Shown here: positions 8,945 to 17,209 of the stretch, piece after piece
How positions within the stretch are numbered: position 1 is the stretch's first letter
Layout: the number at the start of each line of letters is the position of its first letter
Assembly (NCBI GenBank): GCA_030593645.1
Contig: JAUVGT010000002.1
Span: forward strand, 1 to 32,169
Origin: Deltaproteobacteria bacterium
GTDB taxonomy: Bacteria; Desulfobacterota; Desulfobacteria; Desulfobacterales; JAUVGT01
DNA: 32,169 nucleotides
Direction: 5' to 3'
Position numbers and translations under genes: made by a program
Notes under the pieces: model-generated
Told to the model about the DNA's origin: nothing
Seen by the model: the letters and a program-made list of their open reading frames with translations, nothing else
The model's database searches: none

Positions 8945-11047
8945 TTACACCTTGAACTTGCCGACCATTTCTTTTAAGCGCGCCGCCAGTTCAGATAAAT
9001 CTTTTGAACTCTTACTTAAATTGGTACCGCTTTTTGATATTTCATTGGCCGAAATATTTACATCGGAAATATCCTGGGCGATTTCACCGGCAACCGCGGA
9101 GCTTTGAACCACATTCTCACTGACTTCCTGTATCCCGGTCGACGCCTGGGATACATTATCTGCGATTTCTCTCGTGGTAACAGCCTGTTCTTCAACAGCT
9201 GCAGCAATCGTTGACACAATATCATTGATATCATTAATGATGCTGGTGATCTGCTCAATCTCCTTTACGGTTCTGATAGTCGATTCACGGTTGGTACTTA
9301 TTTTTCCCTTAATTTCCTGGGTGGCGGCCGCAGTTTGTGTCGCGAGTTCCTTTATTTCGCTGGCAACTACCGCAAATCCCTTACCCGCGTCACCGGCCCG
9401 AGCCGCTTCAATCGTGGCATTTAACGCAAGCAGGTTGGTCTGTTCGGAAATCTCGGTGATGGTCTCAGTAACCATACCGATTTCATGGGCTGCCCGACCA
9501 AGCTCTTCCACCATATCCGAAACACTTCGGGCCTGGACAACCGCCTGACCGGTAATATTTCGCGCTTTTTCTGAATTCTGAGCAATTTCATTAACAGAAG
9601 ACGTGATCTGCTCAGCCGCGGTTGCAACAAGGTTCACATTTGTTGCCGCCTGTTCCATGGCCGCGGAAACAGAAATGATACTTGTGCTCATTTCCCCGGC
9701 TGACGCGGTAACCACATTGGATATTGAGGACATATCATCAACAACCTTTGACATCTGACCTGAAAGTGCTGAAAGATTTCCGGAAGAAGATTCCAGTTCA
9801 TCAGCATTTCCCATGATATTTTTAATAATCGTCTGGAGCTTCTCAATAAAAATATTAAACCATTTGGCAAGTTCCCCGATTTCGCCCTTACCCGCTATAT
9901 CCAGTCTCATCGTAAGATCGCCTTCCCCTTCCGCGATATTTTTTAGGCCGGTCACAACTTCTGATATTGGTTTGAACATGGATTTTGAGAAAAAGAATAC
10001 AGCCGCAAAGGCGATCAAAACAAAAAGAAATGCCATGATAGTTAACAGAACAATCAACTGATATGTATTAATCTGGGTTTTCTCATATGAGGATAGAAGT
10101 ACGATTGCACCGATTATTTGAGAATTTTCTTCAACAGGAAAAATGACCCTGGCAAAATCTTTCCCGCCAATTGTAACTTCATCAAAGAACTCATTCGAGT
10201 CCGTTGATTTTGTATTTGTTTTCAAATCCTGAAACGCCGCAATATTGAAAAAATCAAACTCTTCCAGGGTACCTATTCCGGATCCTGTTTTTGAAAAAAT
10301 ATTAACCTCTGTCCCGGATAGCCTGGATATTCTATCTGCAAAGTCCTTTCTGATTATTTGTTTTACTGTCAGCATTCCCACGACCTGATTTTCCCGTTTC
10401 TTTTTATCAATATCAAAAACCTCAGTAATGGATGGAACCCGTGTAACAATTCTGATACTTTTTTCATCCGGTTCAAACCCGTCAGATTCTCTGCTGTATA
10501 CCTTGGCGGTCATTATGAGTTGTTCAAAAGGCAATGTTTCAACGATTTTATAAGATTCTTCTTTTATTTCATCCCCTGTTTTAATGACTGCAAATAAAAA
10601 GACATCTTTTTCATCGTCTTTAAATGGAAAGCCCATTTGAGTTTTTTCACCCTCAATATTCACGAACACAATCAGCTTCCCGTTAGCGTCATGAACAATC
10701 GCCTGGTAAAATTTGTGTACCAGCATCACCTTATACAGATCTTCAATCATGCTTTGATGGGTATACCGGGCCATCTGGTAACCATCCGGGCGTCCCTCGT
10801 AGGAACTAATCAATCTTAAATCCCGGCCGATTTCCCCATTCAGGATCATCTGTTTTGAATCATTAATGCTTTTATTTTTTATATTTTCCAATTCATAGTG
10901 AACAATTGTTAAAGCCCTTTTTAAAGAATCAGATGTGATCAATTTGTTTTGCTTATGGACAGTCAGTGATACAATGACGATTGACCCAACGATTATCATT
11001 ATGACAAGCCCCAATGCGCCAATGATAAGCCTGTTTTTGAATGTCAT
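8945..11047 (-). CDS. Methyl-accepting chemotaxis protein (2 TM, large periplasmic sensor, HAMP, signalling domain)
   Basis: [37 protein letters not shown] hairpin tip; HAMP (GEGDLTMRL...[10 protein letters not shown]). Confidence 0.96.
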   Translation of the reverse strand: MTFKNRLIIGALGLVIMIIVGSIVIVSLTVHKQNKLITSDSLKRALTIVHYELENIKNKSINDSKQMILNGEIGRDLRLISSYEGRPDGYQMARYTHQSMIEDLYKVMLVHKFYQAIVHDANGKLIVFVNIEGEKTQMGFPFKDDEKDVFLFAVIKTGDEIKEESYKIVETLPFEQLIMTAKVYSRESDGFEPDEKSIRIVTRVPSITEVFDIDKKKRENQVVGMLTVKQIIRKDFADRISRLSGTEVNIFSKTGSGIGTLEEFDFFNIAAFQDLKTNTKSTDSNEFFDEVTIGGKDFARVIFPVEENSQIIGAIVLLSSYEKTQINTYQLIVLLTIMAFLFVLIAFAAVFFFSKSMFKPISEVVTGLKNIAEGEGDLTMRLDIAGKGEIGELAKWFNIFIEKLQTIIKNIMGNADELESSSGNLSALSGQMSKVVDDMSSISNVVTASAGEMSTSIISVSAAMEQAATNVNLVATAAEQITSSVNEIAQNSEKARNITGQAVVQARSVSDMVEELGRAAHEIGMVTETITEISEQTNLLALNATIEAARAGDAGKGFAVVASEIKELATQTAAATQEIKGKISTNRESTIRTVKEIEQITSIINDINDIVSTIAAAVEEQAVTTREIADNVSQASTGIQEVSENVVQSSAVAGEIAQDISDVNISANEISKSGTNLSKSSKDLSELAARLKEMVGKFKV

Positions 11048-11102
11048 ACGTTGCTGTTCCTTTCAAATATCTGAAGCGGTAAGAGATTGATTTCTAATTA
11101 TA

Positions 11103-11131
11103 ATTTTACTCAAAAACCACCGACATGTCAA
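11103..11131 (-). promoter_or_regulatory. sigma70-type promoter for the MCP gene
   Basis: Minus strand TTGACA (11131-11126), 17 bp spacer, TAAAAT (11108-11103). Confidence 0.65.
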
Positions 11132-11200
11132 GAAATCAGGATGAACTGAAAACAAGTCCCGTATAATAATTCCCATCATTCGATCAGTCAGTTTTTTTTA

Positions 11201-11230
11201 TTGACATGGATGGGAAAAAAAGTTTATGAT
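11201..11230 (+). promoter_or_regulatory. sigma70-type promoter for tetR and probably the acyl-CoA cluster
   Basis: TTGACA (11201-11206), 18 bp spacer, TATGAT (11225-11230). Confidence 0.65.
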
Positions 11231-11231
11231 C

Positions 11232-11247
11232 TCCATCATTTGATGGA
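11232..11247. promoter_or_regulatory. Candidate TetR operator
   Basis: Perfect palindrome TCCATCA-TT-TGATGGA immediately after the -10 box; degenerate second copy CCATCATTCGATC at ~11173-11185. Confidence 0.6.
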
Positions 11248-11271
11248 AACAAACACTGGAAATGGTATAAC

Positions 11272-11901
11272 ATGGCGACACCGCTGGAAAAAGCCCGTAA
11301 AGCCCCGAATTCGATGAAAGCCAAAATCCTGAAGAAAGCCCGTCGGGTATTTGGTGAGTACGGCTTTCACGGAACCACCACACGAATGATCGCACAGGAA
11401 GTGGGCATCGATATTTCAACCCTGTATTATCACTGGGGTGAAAAGGGAGACCTGTATGAATCTGTCATTGTAGATATTAATGAAGATCTACGACAAAAAC
11501 TGGTTGAGGTTGAGGGTATTATTCATGGCCGGCCCCTTCCGGATCGAATGGATATTGCCATAGATTTGATGACTGATTTTCTTTTCAGACACCCTGAAAT
11601 TTCAAACCTGGTCCTTTTTCAATACTTCGGGAAAACCCGAGGTAAAAAATTAATTAATGTTGAAATTCCCGAATTTGTTTCAGGTATTGCACGGTCCATG
11701 GAGTTGTGTCGGTCGACGGATGATGTTCCCGGCCGTGTCCGCCTTCAGGTCCTGGCAATTATGAATTCAATTCACAGTTTTATCTCAGGCGAACACTTTT
11801 TCCGCAAAATGGTTGAACTGGAAAAAAACGACTACATGGCCGAGGTTAAAAAAACGTTAAAATTCATTTTGATCCCCGCCTTTACAGGGAAGAACAAATA
11901 G
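11272..11901 (+). CDS. TetR/AcrR family transcriptional regulator
   Basis: ILKKARRVFGEYGFHGTTTRMIAQEVGIDISTLYYHWGEKGDLY HTH; 209 aa. Confidence 0.95.
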   Translation: MATPLEKARKAPNSMKAKILKKARRVFGEYGFHGTTTRMIAQEVGIDISTLYYHWGEKGDLYESVIVDINEDLRQKLVEVEGIIHGRPLPDRMDIAIDLMTDFLFRHPEISNLVLFQYFGKTRGKKLINVEIPEFVSGIARSMELCRSTDDVPGRVRLQVLAIMNSIHSFISGEHFFRKMVELEKNDYMAEVKKTLKFILIPAFTGKNK

Positions 11902-12012
11902 AAAATGAACATTGAATGAGGAAAAGCTTGGCTTTGTCTTTTTTATATGGATGTTGAATTAAACCCAAATAAATGTGATTTCAAAACTTTCAAGAAGGTG
12001 CAGACCAAGAAA

Positions 12013-12109
12013 AATTATGAGTTTTGAGTTTCAAGTTATGAATGAACGGACAATAAATCAATTTAAATGCTTCAACTTAAAACTAATAATTTATAACTCA
12101 AAACTTAAA
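12013..12109. repeat. Inverted pair of 7-bp-period repeat arrays
   Basis: Left arm TTATGAG TTTTGAG TTTCAAG TTATGAA; right arm ...TTAAAAC TAATAAT TTATAAC TCAAAAC. A related arm occurs at 19941-19979. Confidence 0.6.
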
Positions 12110-12123
12110 CCGGAGGTTTACAA

Positions 12124-14253
12124 ATGACCCTCAACCTGAACGCCATTGGGAAAAAAATCGGCCCGCTGGTTAAAGAATACACATGGAAAGACCCGGTTCT
12201 TTATGCCCTGGGTGTGGGTGCGGGCTTTGATGACCTTGAATATGTCTGGGAAGACGGTCTCAAGGTCATACCGAGTTTTTCCATCGCCAGTATCTTCGAT
12301 TTTCTGGCTGAAACAGCCATAAAGGCAGAAGTGGATCTTTCAGGTATTCTTCACGGGGAACAGGATATAATTTTTCACAACCCCATTCCGCCTGAGGGGA
12401 CACTCACAACAGAAGGCCGGCTTACCGATATCTATGATAAGGGGAAAGACAAAGGCGCCATTGTAATCGCCGAGGCCAACACCTTCCATTTAAACGGTCA
12501 AAAACTCTACACAAATATATTCAAGCTGTTTTGCCGCAAAGACGGCGGTTTCGGCGGCGACCCCGGTCCAAAGGAAACAATAAAAATTCCGGATCGAGAA
12601 CCCGATTATACGGAAAATGCCGTCCCCACCAAAAATCAGCCATTACTCTACAGACTCTCAGGGGATATATTCGCCCTTCATATCGACACCGAATACGCGA
12701 AACAAAGCGGTTTTGAAAGACCAATCATGCACGGACTCTGCACACACGGTTATGCCTGCCGGGCTGTAATCAAACATCTATTCCCGGGAAATCCCGAGCG
12801 TATGAACCGTTTCAGGGTTCGCTTTTCAAAAACGGTTTATCCGGGCACACCCATAAAGACCCAAATTTGGAAAACCGGTGAAAATGAAGCTGTCTTTCGC
12901 ACGATCAATGCGGAAACCCAGGATGTCATCCTCGATCTGGGGAAGGTGGAATGGCTCAGCAGCGGTGAACAGGCGCGAAGAAAAAAACTCGGAGATATAA
13001 ACTTTGACGGGAAAGTCGCAGTGATTACAGGCGCTGGTGCGGGTCTTGGAAAAGCCTATGCCCTGGAACTTTCCAGACGGGGGGCCAAAGTACTGATCAA
13101 CGACCTTGGCGGCGCGCCGGATGGTACAGGATCTTCTTCCTCTGCCGCGGACCTTGCTGTAAAGGAGATTAAAAACACGGGAGGAGAAGCTTCTGCCAGT
13201 TATGATTCCGTGGCCACACCCGAAGGCGGCAGGGCCGTCATTGACAAGGCTGTTAAACTCTGGGGCAGGGTCGACATACTGATTAACAATGCAGGTATTT
13301 TAAGAGACCGGACGCTGGCAAAAATGGAACCCGATACATGGAAGTCTGTAATGGATGTACACCTGAACGGAGCATTTCACGTCACAAAACCGGCATATGT
13401 AAAGATGAAAGAGCAGGGTTACGGCCGCATCGTGTTTACCACATCCGCGGCCGGACTCTACGGCAATTTCGGTCAGTCCAATTATTCATCAGCCAAAATG
13501 GGGCTTATCGGATTAATGAACAGTATTAAAATCGAAGGTGAAAATGCCGGTATTAAGGTGAATACCATTGCCCCGATCGCCGGCACACGGCTCACCAGGG
13601 AAGTCATTCCGCCGGACCTTTTTGAAAAGCTCAAACCCGAGTTCGTGGTACCGATCGTACTGTACCTGTGCTCGGAGCTATGTCCGGTATCGGGAAATGT
13701 TTATAACGCGGGGATGGGATATTTTAATCGGGCAGCCGTGGTTACCGGACCCGGTGCCGTGATCGGTGATGGTCAAACCCCGCCGACTCCTGAAGAGATT
13801 GCTTTAAAAATGGCATCCATCAAATCAATGGATCCGCCCAAAGAATACTTCAATGCCACGTCCGCCCTGTCACCAATGCTGGATGCCTTTAATCCTGAAA
13901 GTATCGATGCGGGTGAAACTGCCGGATGCCCTGAAATCACTGTGGCTGCTATTTTTGAAAAAATGCCGGATGCCTTCCAGCCCGATGCCGCAAAAGGTGT
14001 GGATGCAATATTCCAGTATACCATCAGCGGCCCCAATGGCGGAGAGTGGTATTCTGTAATCAGTAAAGAGAATTGTACGGTTGATCAGGGTAAACATGAA
14101 AACCCCACGACGACCATCAAGATGAACGATGATGATTTTCTGGCATTGATGGGAGGCAAGCTCAACCCCATGACAGCTTATACCAGCGGCAAGCTGAAAA
14201 TTGAGGGCGACATAATAAAATCTCAACTGATTGATAAACTATTTAAGTTCTAG
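12124..14253 (+). CDS. Fusion: (R)-specific enoyl-CoA hydratase 2 (double hot-dog/MaoC) + SDR 3-hydroxyacyl-CoA dehydrogenase + SCP2; MFE-2/HSD17B4-like with permuted domain order
   Basis: LYALGVG, LHGEQ, YRLSGDIFALHID...HGLCTHG (hydratase 2); TGAGAGLG, NDLGG, INNAGILRD, GNFGQSNYSSAK (SDR); QYTISGPNGGEW...LNPMTAYTSGKLKIEGD (SCP2). GGAGG RBS. Confidence 0.92.
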   Translation: MTLNLNAIGKKIGPLVKEYTWKDPVLYALGVGAGFDDLEYVWEDGLKVIPSFSIASIFDFLAETAIKAEVDLSGILHGEQDIIFHNPIPPEGTLTTEGRLTDIYDKGKDKGAIVIAEANTFHLNGQKLYTNIFKLFCRKDGGFGGDPGPKETIKIPDREPDYTENAVPTKNQPLLYRLSGDIFALHIDTEYAKQSGFERPIMHGLCTHGYACRAVIKHLFPGNPERMNRFRVRFSKTVYPGTPIKTQIWKTGENEAVFRTINAETQDVILDLGKVEWLSSGEQARRKKLGDINFDGKVAVITGAGAGLGKAYALELSRRGAKVLINDLGGAPDGTGSSSSAADLAVKEIKNTGGEASASYDSVATPEGGRAVIDKAVKLWGRVDILINNAGILRDRTLAKMEPDTWKSVMDVHLNGAFHVTKPAYVKMKEQGYGRIVFTTSAAGLYGNFGQSNYSSAKMGLIGLMNSIKIEGENAGIKVNTIAPIAGTRLTREVIPPDLFEKLKPEFVVPIVLYLCSELCPVSGNVYNAGMGYFNRAAVVTGPGAVIGDGQTPPTPEEIALKMASIKSMDPPKEYFNATSALSPMLDAFNPESIDAGETAGCPEITVAAIFEKMPDAFQPDAAKGVDAIFQYTISGPNGGEWYSVISKENCTVDQGKHENPTTTIKMNDDDFLALMGGKLNPMTAYTSGKLKIEGDIIKSQLIDKLFKF
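13003..14253 (+). repeat. SDR-SCP2 module, paralogous copy 1
   Basis: Collinear with 15770-17023 (1251 vs 1254 bp); both start FDGKVAVITGAGAGLGKAYA and end KSQLIDKLFKF. Confidence 0.9.
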
Positions 14254-14284
14254 AAGTGGATTTATTACAAGGGAGAGTATATCC

Positions 14285-17023
14285 ATGATCGGAATCACAT
14301 CATACGGCGCACATATACCAAAACTCAGGTTAAACCGAATGAGTATTGTAGAAAACATGGGCTGGTTTGCCCCGGCGATTGTAATGGTTGCCCAGGGAGA
14401 GCGTTCCTATTGTAACTGGGACGAAGACAGCCTCACCATGGCCGTTGCCGCGGCAACGGACTGTCTAAAAAATATGGACAAACAATCAGTTGACTCCATA
14501 TTTCTCTGCTCAACAACACTGCCCTTTAACGACCGCCTTAACGCGGGTATTCTTAAAACCGCCCTGAACCTTCATGACCAGGTGTCTGCCGCAGACATCA
14601 CATCTTCTGTTCGTGCCGGTACCATCGGTCTTGTGCAGGCGCTTGAGGTAGTGAAAAACCGGGGAAAAAAACAGGCCCTGGTAGCCGCCACCGATAAACG
14701 AAAAGCCAAAACCGCTTACTTTTATGAAATGTGGTTTGGTGACGGCGCTGCCGCGGTCCTTACCGGACGGGACAATGTCATCGCGGAATATTTGGGTTCT
14801 TATACGGTGACCCATGATTTTGTTGACCATTACCGTGGATCTGACAGCGATTTCGATTACATGTGGGAAGAACGATGGACCCGTGACCAGGGTTACTCAA
14901 ACATTATTCCGGAAGCGGTCAACGGTCTTTTTAACACACTTTCAATGACCATGGATGATGTTGACCATTTTGCCTTTCCCTGTTTTTTTGCTGCCGAACA
15001 CAGCAAAATCGCTGCCAAACTGGGCGCCTCCCCTGAAAAAATCATCAACAATATGCATGATGTGTGCGGTGAAACCGGTGCCGCGCATCCCCTGATGATG
15101 TTAATCACAGCACTGGAAAAAGCATCCCCCGGCGACACAATACTTGCCGCGGGCTTTGGCCAGGGAAGCGACGCGCTGCTCTTTAAAGTAACAGATGCCA
15201 TTAAAGATCTGCCTGAACGAAACGGTGTATCCGGGTGCCTTAAAAACGGTAAAACGGTTTCAAGCTATACAAAATTCCTCAAGTTCCGTGATCTTATTGA
15301 TACAGAAATGGGTATCCGGGCAGAAGCTCCCACCCAGACGGCCATGACCGTGCTCTGGCGAAAACGCGATATGCTCCTGGGCATGGTCGGAGGCCGCTGC
15401 ACTGATTGCGGTACTCCCCAGTTCCCCAAAGCAGATATCTGTATTAACCCTGCCTGTAGAAAAAAAGATACTCAACAGCCCTATGAATTCGCGGATAAAC
15501 CTGCATATGTAAAAAGTTTCACAGGGGATCTTCTGGCCGTATCGGTTGATCCGCCTGCAATATACGGTATGGTGGAATTTGAAGACGGCGGCCGGTACAT
15601 GGCAGATTTTACGGATTGTGAGATGGATGATGTCGCTGTGGGGCAGCCTGTAACCCTTAGCTTCAGAAAGCGCTACGTTGACCGGGAACGCGGGTTCAGC
15701 GGCTATTTCTGGAAAGCGATCCCTGAACCGGGACAAACCGAATCACCGGAATCCGATCAAACCATAAGATTTGACGGCAAGGTGGCTGTGATTACAGGTG
15801 CCGGCGCGGGCCTGGGCAAAGCATACGCCATAGAGCTTTCCAGGCGGGGAGCCAAAGTGCTTGTAAACGACCTCGGCGGATCGACGGATGGAACCGGATC
15901 TTCTTCCAGTTCCGCGGATCTGGTTGTAAAAGAAATCACGGACGCGGGCGGAGAAGCCGCGGCCAATCACGAATCCGTGTCCACACCCGAAGGCGGCAGG
16001 GCAATTATTGATCAGGCTGTTAAGCTCTGGGGCCGGGTCGATATATTGATTAACAATGCGGGTATATTAAGAGACAAAACCCTGGCAAAAATGGAACCGG
16101 ACATGTGGCAGCCTGTTATGGATGTACATCTCAACGGCGCATACCATGTGACACGGCCGGCTTTTATAAAAATGAGGGAACAGGGTTACGGTCGCATCGT
16201 CCTAACCACTTCCGCAGCCGGGCTTTACGGTAATTTCGGGCAAACCAACTACTCATCTGCCAAACTGGGCCTGGTCGGTTTTATGAACACACTTAGAATC
16301 GAAGGTGAAAAAGCAGGGATAAAAATCAACACCATTGCCCCGATCGCGGGGACAAGGCTGACCCGGGATATCATTCCGCCGGATCTTTTTGAAAAGCTCA
16401 GTCCCGAATTTGTAACACCCATGGTCATCTATCTTTGCTCTGAAAAATGCACGGAAACAGGTATTATCGTTAACGCGGGCGGGGGATATTTTAACAGGGC
16501 GGCGATCAGTACCGGTTCCGGCATCGCTGTGGGTGACGGCAAAAAACCGCCTGAACTTGAAGAAATACATCGCAAATGGGAAGACATTAATGATCTCTCA
16601 GACATCAGGGAATATGACGATGTAACAAGTTCTTTGAATCCCATGCTTGAGGCTTTCAATCCTGACAATGAAAAAAAAGCTGGAGTTAAAAATGATTCAT
16701 CAAAACCGACCGTACAAAACATATTCGACAAAATGACTGACATGTTTCAGGAGGAAGCAGCAGAAGGCATCGACGTGGTCTTTCAGTATAACATCAGCGG
16801 TCCCGGAGGCGGAGAATGGTATTCTGTTATTAAAAATCAAACGTGTACCATTCAGGAAGGCACACATGAAACCCCGGATACGGTTATAAAGATGAATGAT
16901 GAAGACTTCATCTCCCTGATGTCAGGCGGTCTTAATCCGATAACCGCCTATACCAGCGGAAAACTGAAAATTGAGGGGGACATCATGAAGTCACAGCTTA
17001 TTGATAAGTTATTTAAATTCTGA
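14285..17023 (+). CDS. Four-part fusion: HMG-CoA-synthase-like thiolase fold (catalytic Cys apparently absent) + DUF35 Zn-ribbon/OB fold + SDR + SCP2
   Basis: MIGITSYGAHIP, WDEDSLTMA, DITSSVRAGT, GDGAAA, GETGAAHP, GFGQGSDA; CTDC-x10-CINPAC and OB fold ending GYFWKAIP; SDR (TGAGAGLG, NNAG, YSSAK); SCP2. Start moved to ATG 14285 after a GGGAGAG RBS. Confidence 0.9.
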   Translation: MIGITSYGAHIPKLRLNRMSIVENMGWFAPAIVMVAQGERSYCNWDEDSLTMAVAAATDCLKNMDKQSVDSIFLCSTTLPFNDRLNAGILKTALNLHDQVSAADITSSVRAGTIGLVQALEVVKNRGKKQALVAATDKRKAKTAYFYEMWFGDGAAAVLTGRDNVIAEYLGSYTVTHDFVDHYRGSDSDFDYMWEERWTRDQGYSNIIPEAVNGLFNTLSMTMDDVDHFAFPCFFAAEHSKIAAKLGASPEKIINNMHDVCGETGAAHPLMMLITALEKASPGDTILAAGFGQGSDALLFKVTDAIKDLPERNGVSGCLKNGKTVSSYTKFLKFRDLIDTEMGIRAEAPTQTAMTVLWRKRDMLLGMVGGRCTDCGTPQFPKADICINPACRKKDTQQPYEFADKPAYVKSFTGDLLAVSVDPPAIYGMVEFEDGGRYMADFTDCEMDDVAVGQPVTLSFRKRYVDRERGFSGYFWKAIPEPGQTESPESDQTIRFDGKVAVITGAGAGLGKAYAIELSRRGAKVLVNDLGGSTDGTGSSSSSADLVVKEITDAGGEAAANHESVSTPEGGRAIIDQAVKLWGRVDILINNAGILRDKTLAKMEPDMWQPVMDVHLNGAYHVTRPAFIKMREQGYGRIVLTTSAAGLYGNFGQTNYSSAKLGLVGFMNTLRIEGEKAGIKINTIAPIAGTRLTRDIIPPDLFEKLSPEFVTPMVIYLCSEKCTETGIIVNAGGGYFNRAAISTGSGIAVGDGKKPPELEEIHRKWEDINDLSDIREYDDVTSSLNPMLEAFNPDNEKKAGVKNDSSKPTVQNIFDKMTDMFQEEAAEGIDVVFQYNISGPGGGEWYSVIKNQTCTIQEGTHETPDTVIKMNDEDFISLMSGGLNPITAYTSGKLKIEGDIMKSQLIDKLFKF
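15770..17023 (+). repeat. SDR-SCP2 module, paralogous copy 2
   Basis: Collinear with 13003-14253; many differences fall at synonymous positions. Confidence 0.9.
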
Positions 17024-17038
17024 AAGATTTAAATAACA

Positions 17039-17143
17039 AAGGGTTCGAGGGGTCAAGGGTTCGAGTATTATTTCCCCGGCGGGGCGATGCATTACTTCCC
17101 GCATTTCACTTGAACCCTTGGCCCCTTGAATCCTTGAACCCTT
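17039..17143. repeat. Intergenic inverted repeat built from 8-bp units (REP-like hairpin)
   Basis: AAGGGTTCGAGGGGTCAAGGGTTCGAGT (17039-17066) pairs with ACTTGAACCCTTGGCCCCTTGAATCCTT (17108-17135), followed by one extra unit; small CCCC-GGC-GGGG hairpin in the loop. Confidence 0.75.
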
Positions 17144-17209
17144 ACATCTCAAACTCTTTAAGGCGGTAAACAAGGGATTTTCAAATACACAAATTTCCCG
17201 GAGGAAAAT

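Noticed and set aside
11919-11945. Terminator after tetR
   Set aside because: Only a 5-bp AT-rich stem (AAAGC-TTG-GCTTT); too weak to call.
14231-14284. Translational fusion or readthrough joining the two large fusion genes
   Set aside because: The genes are in different frames, the second has its own RBS and ATG at 14285, and the TAG aligns with the paralogue's TGA.
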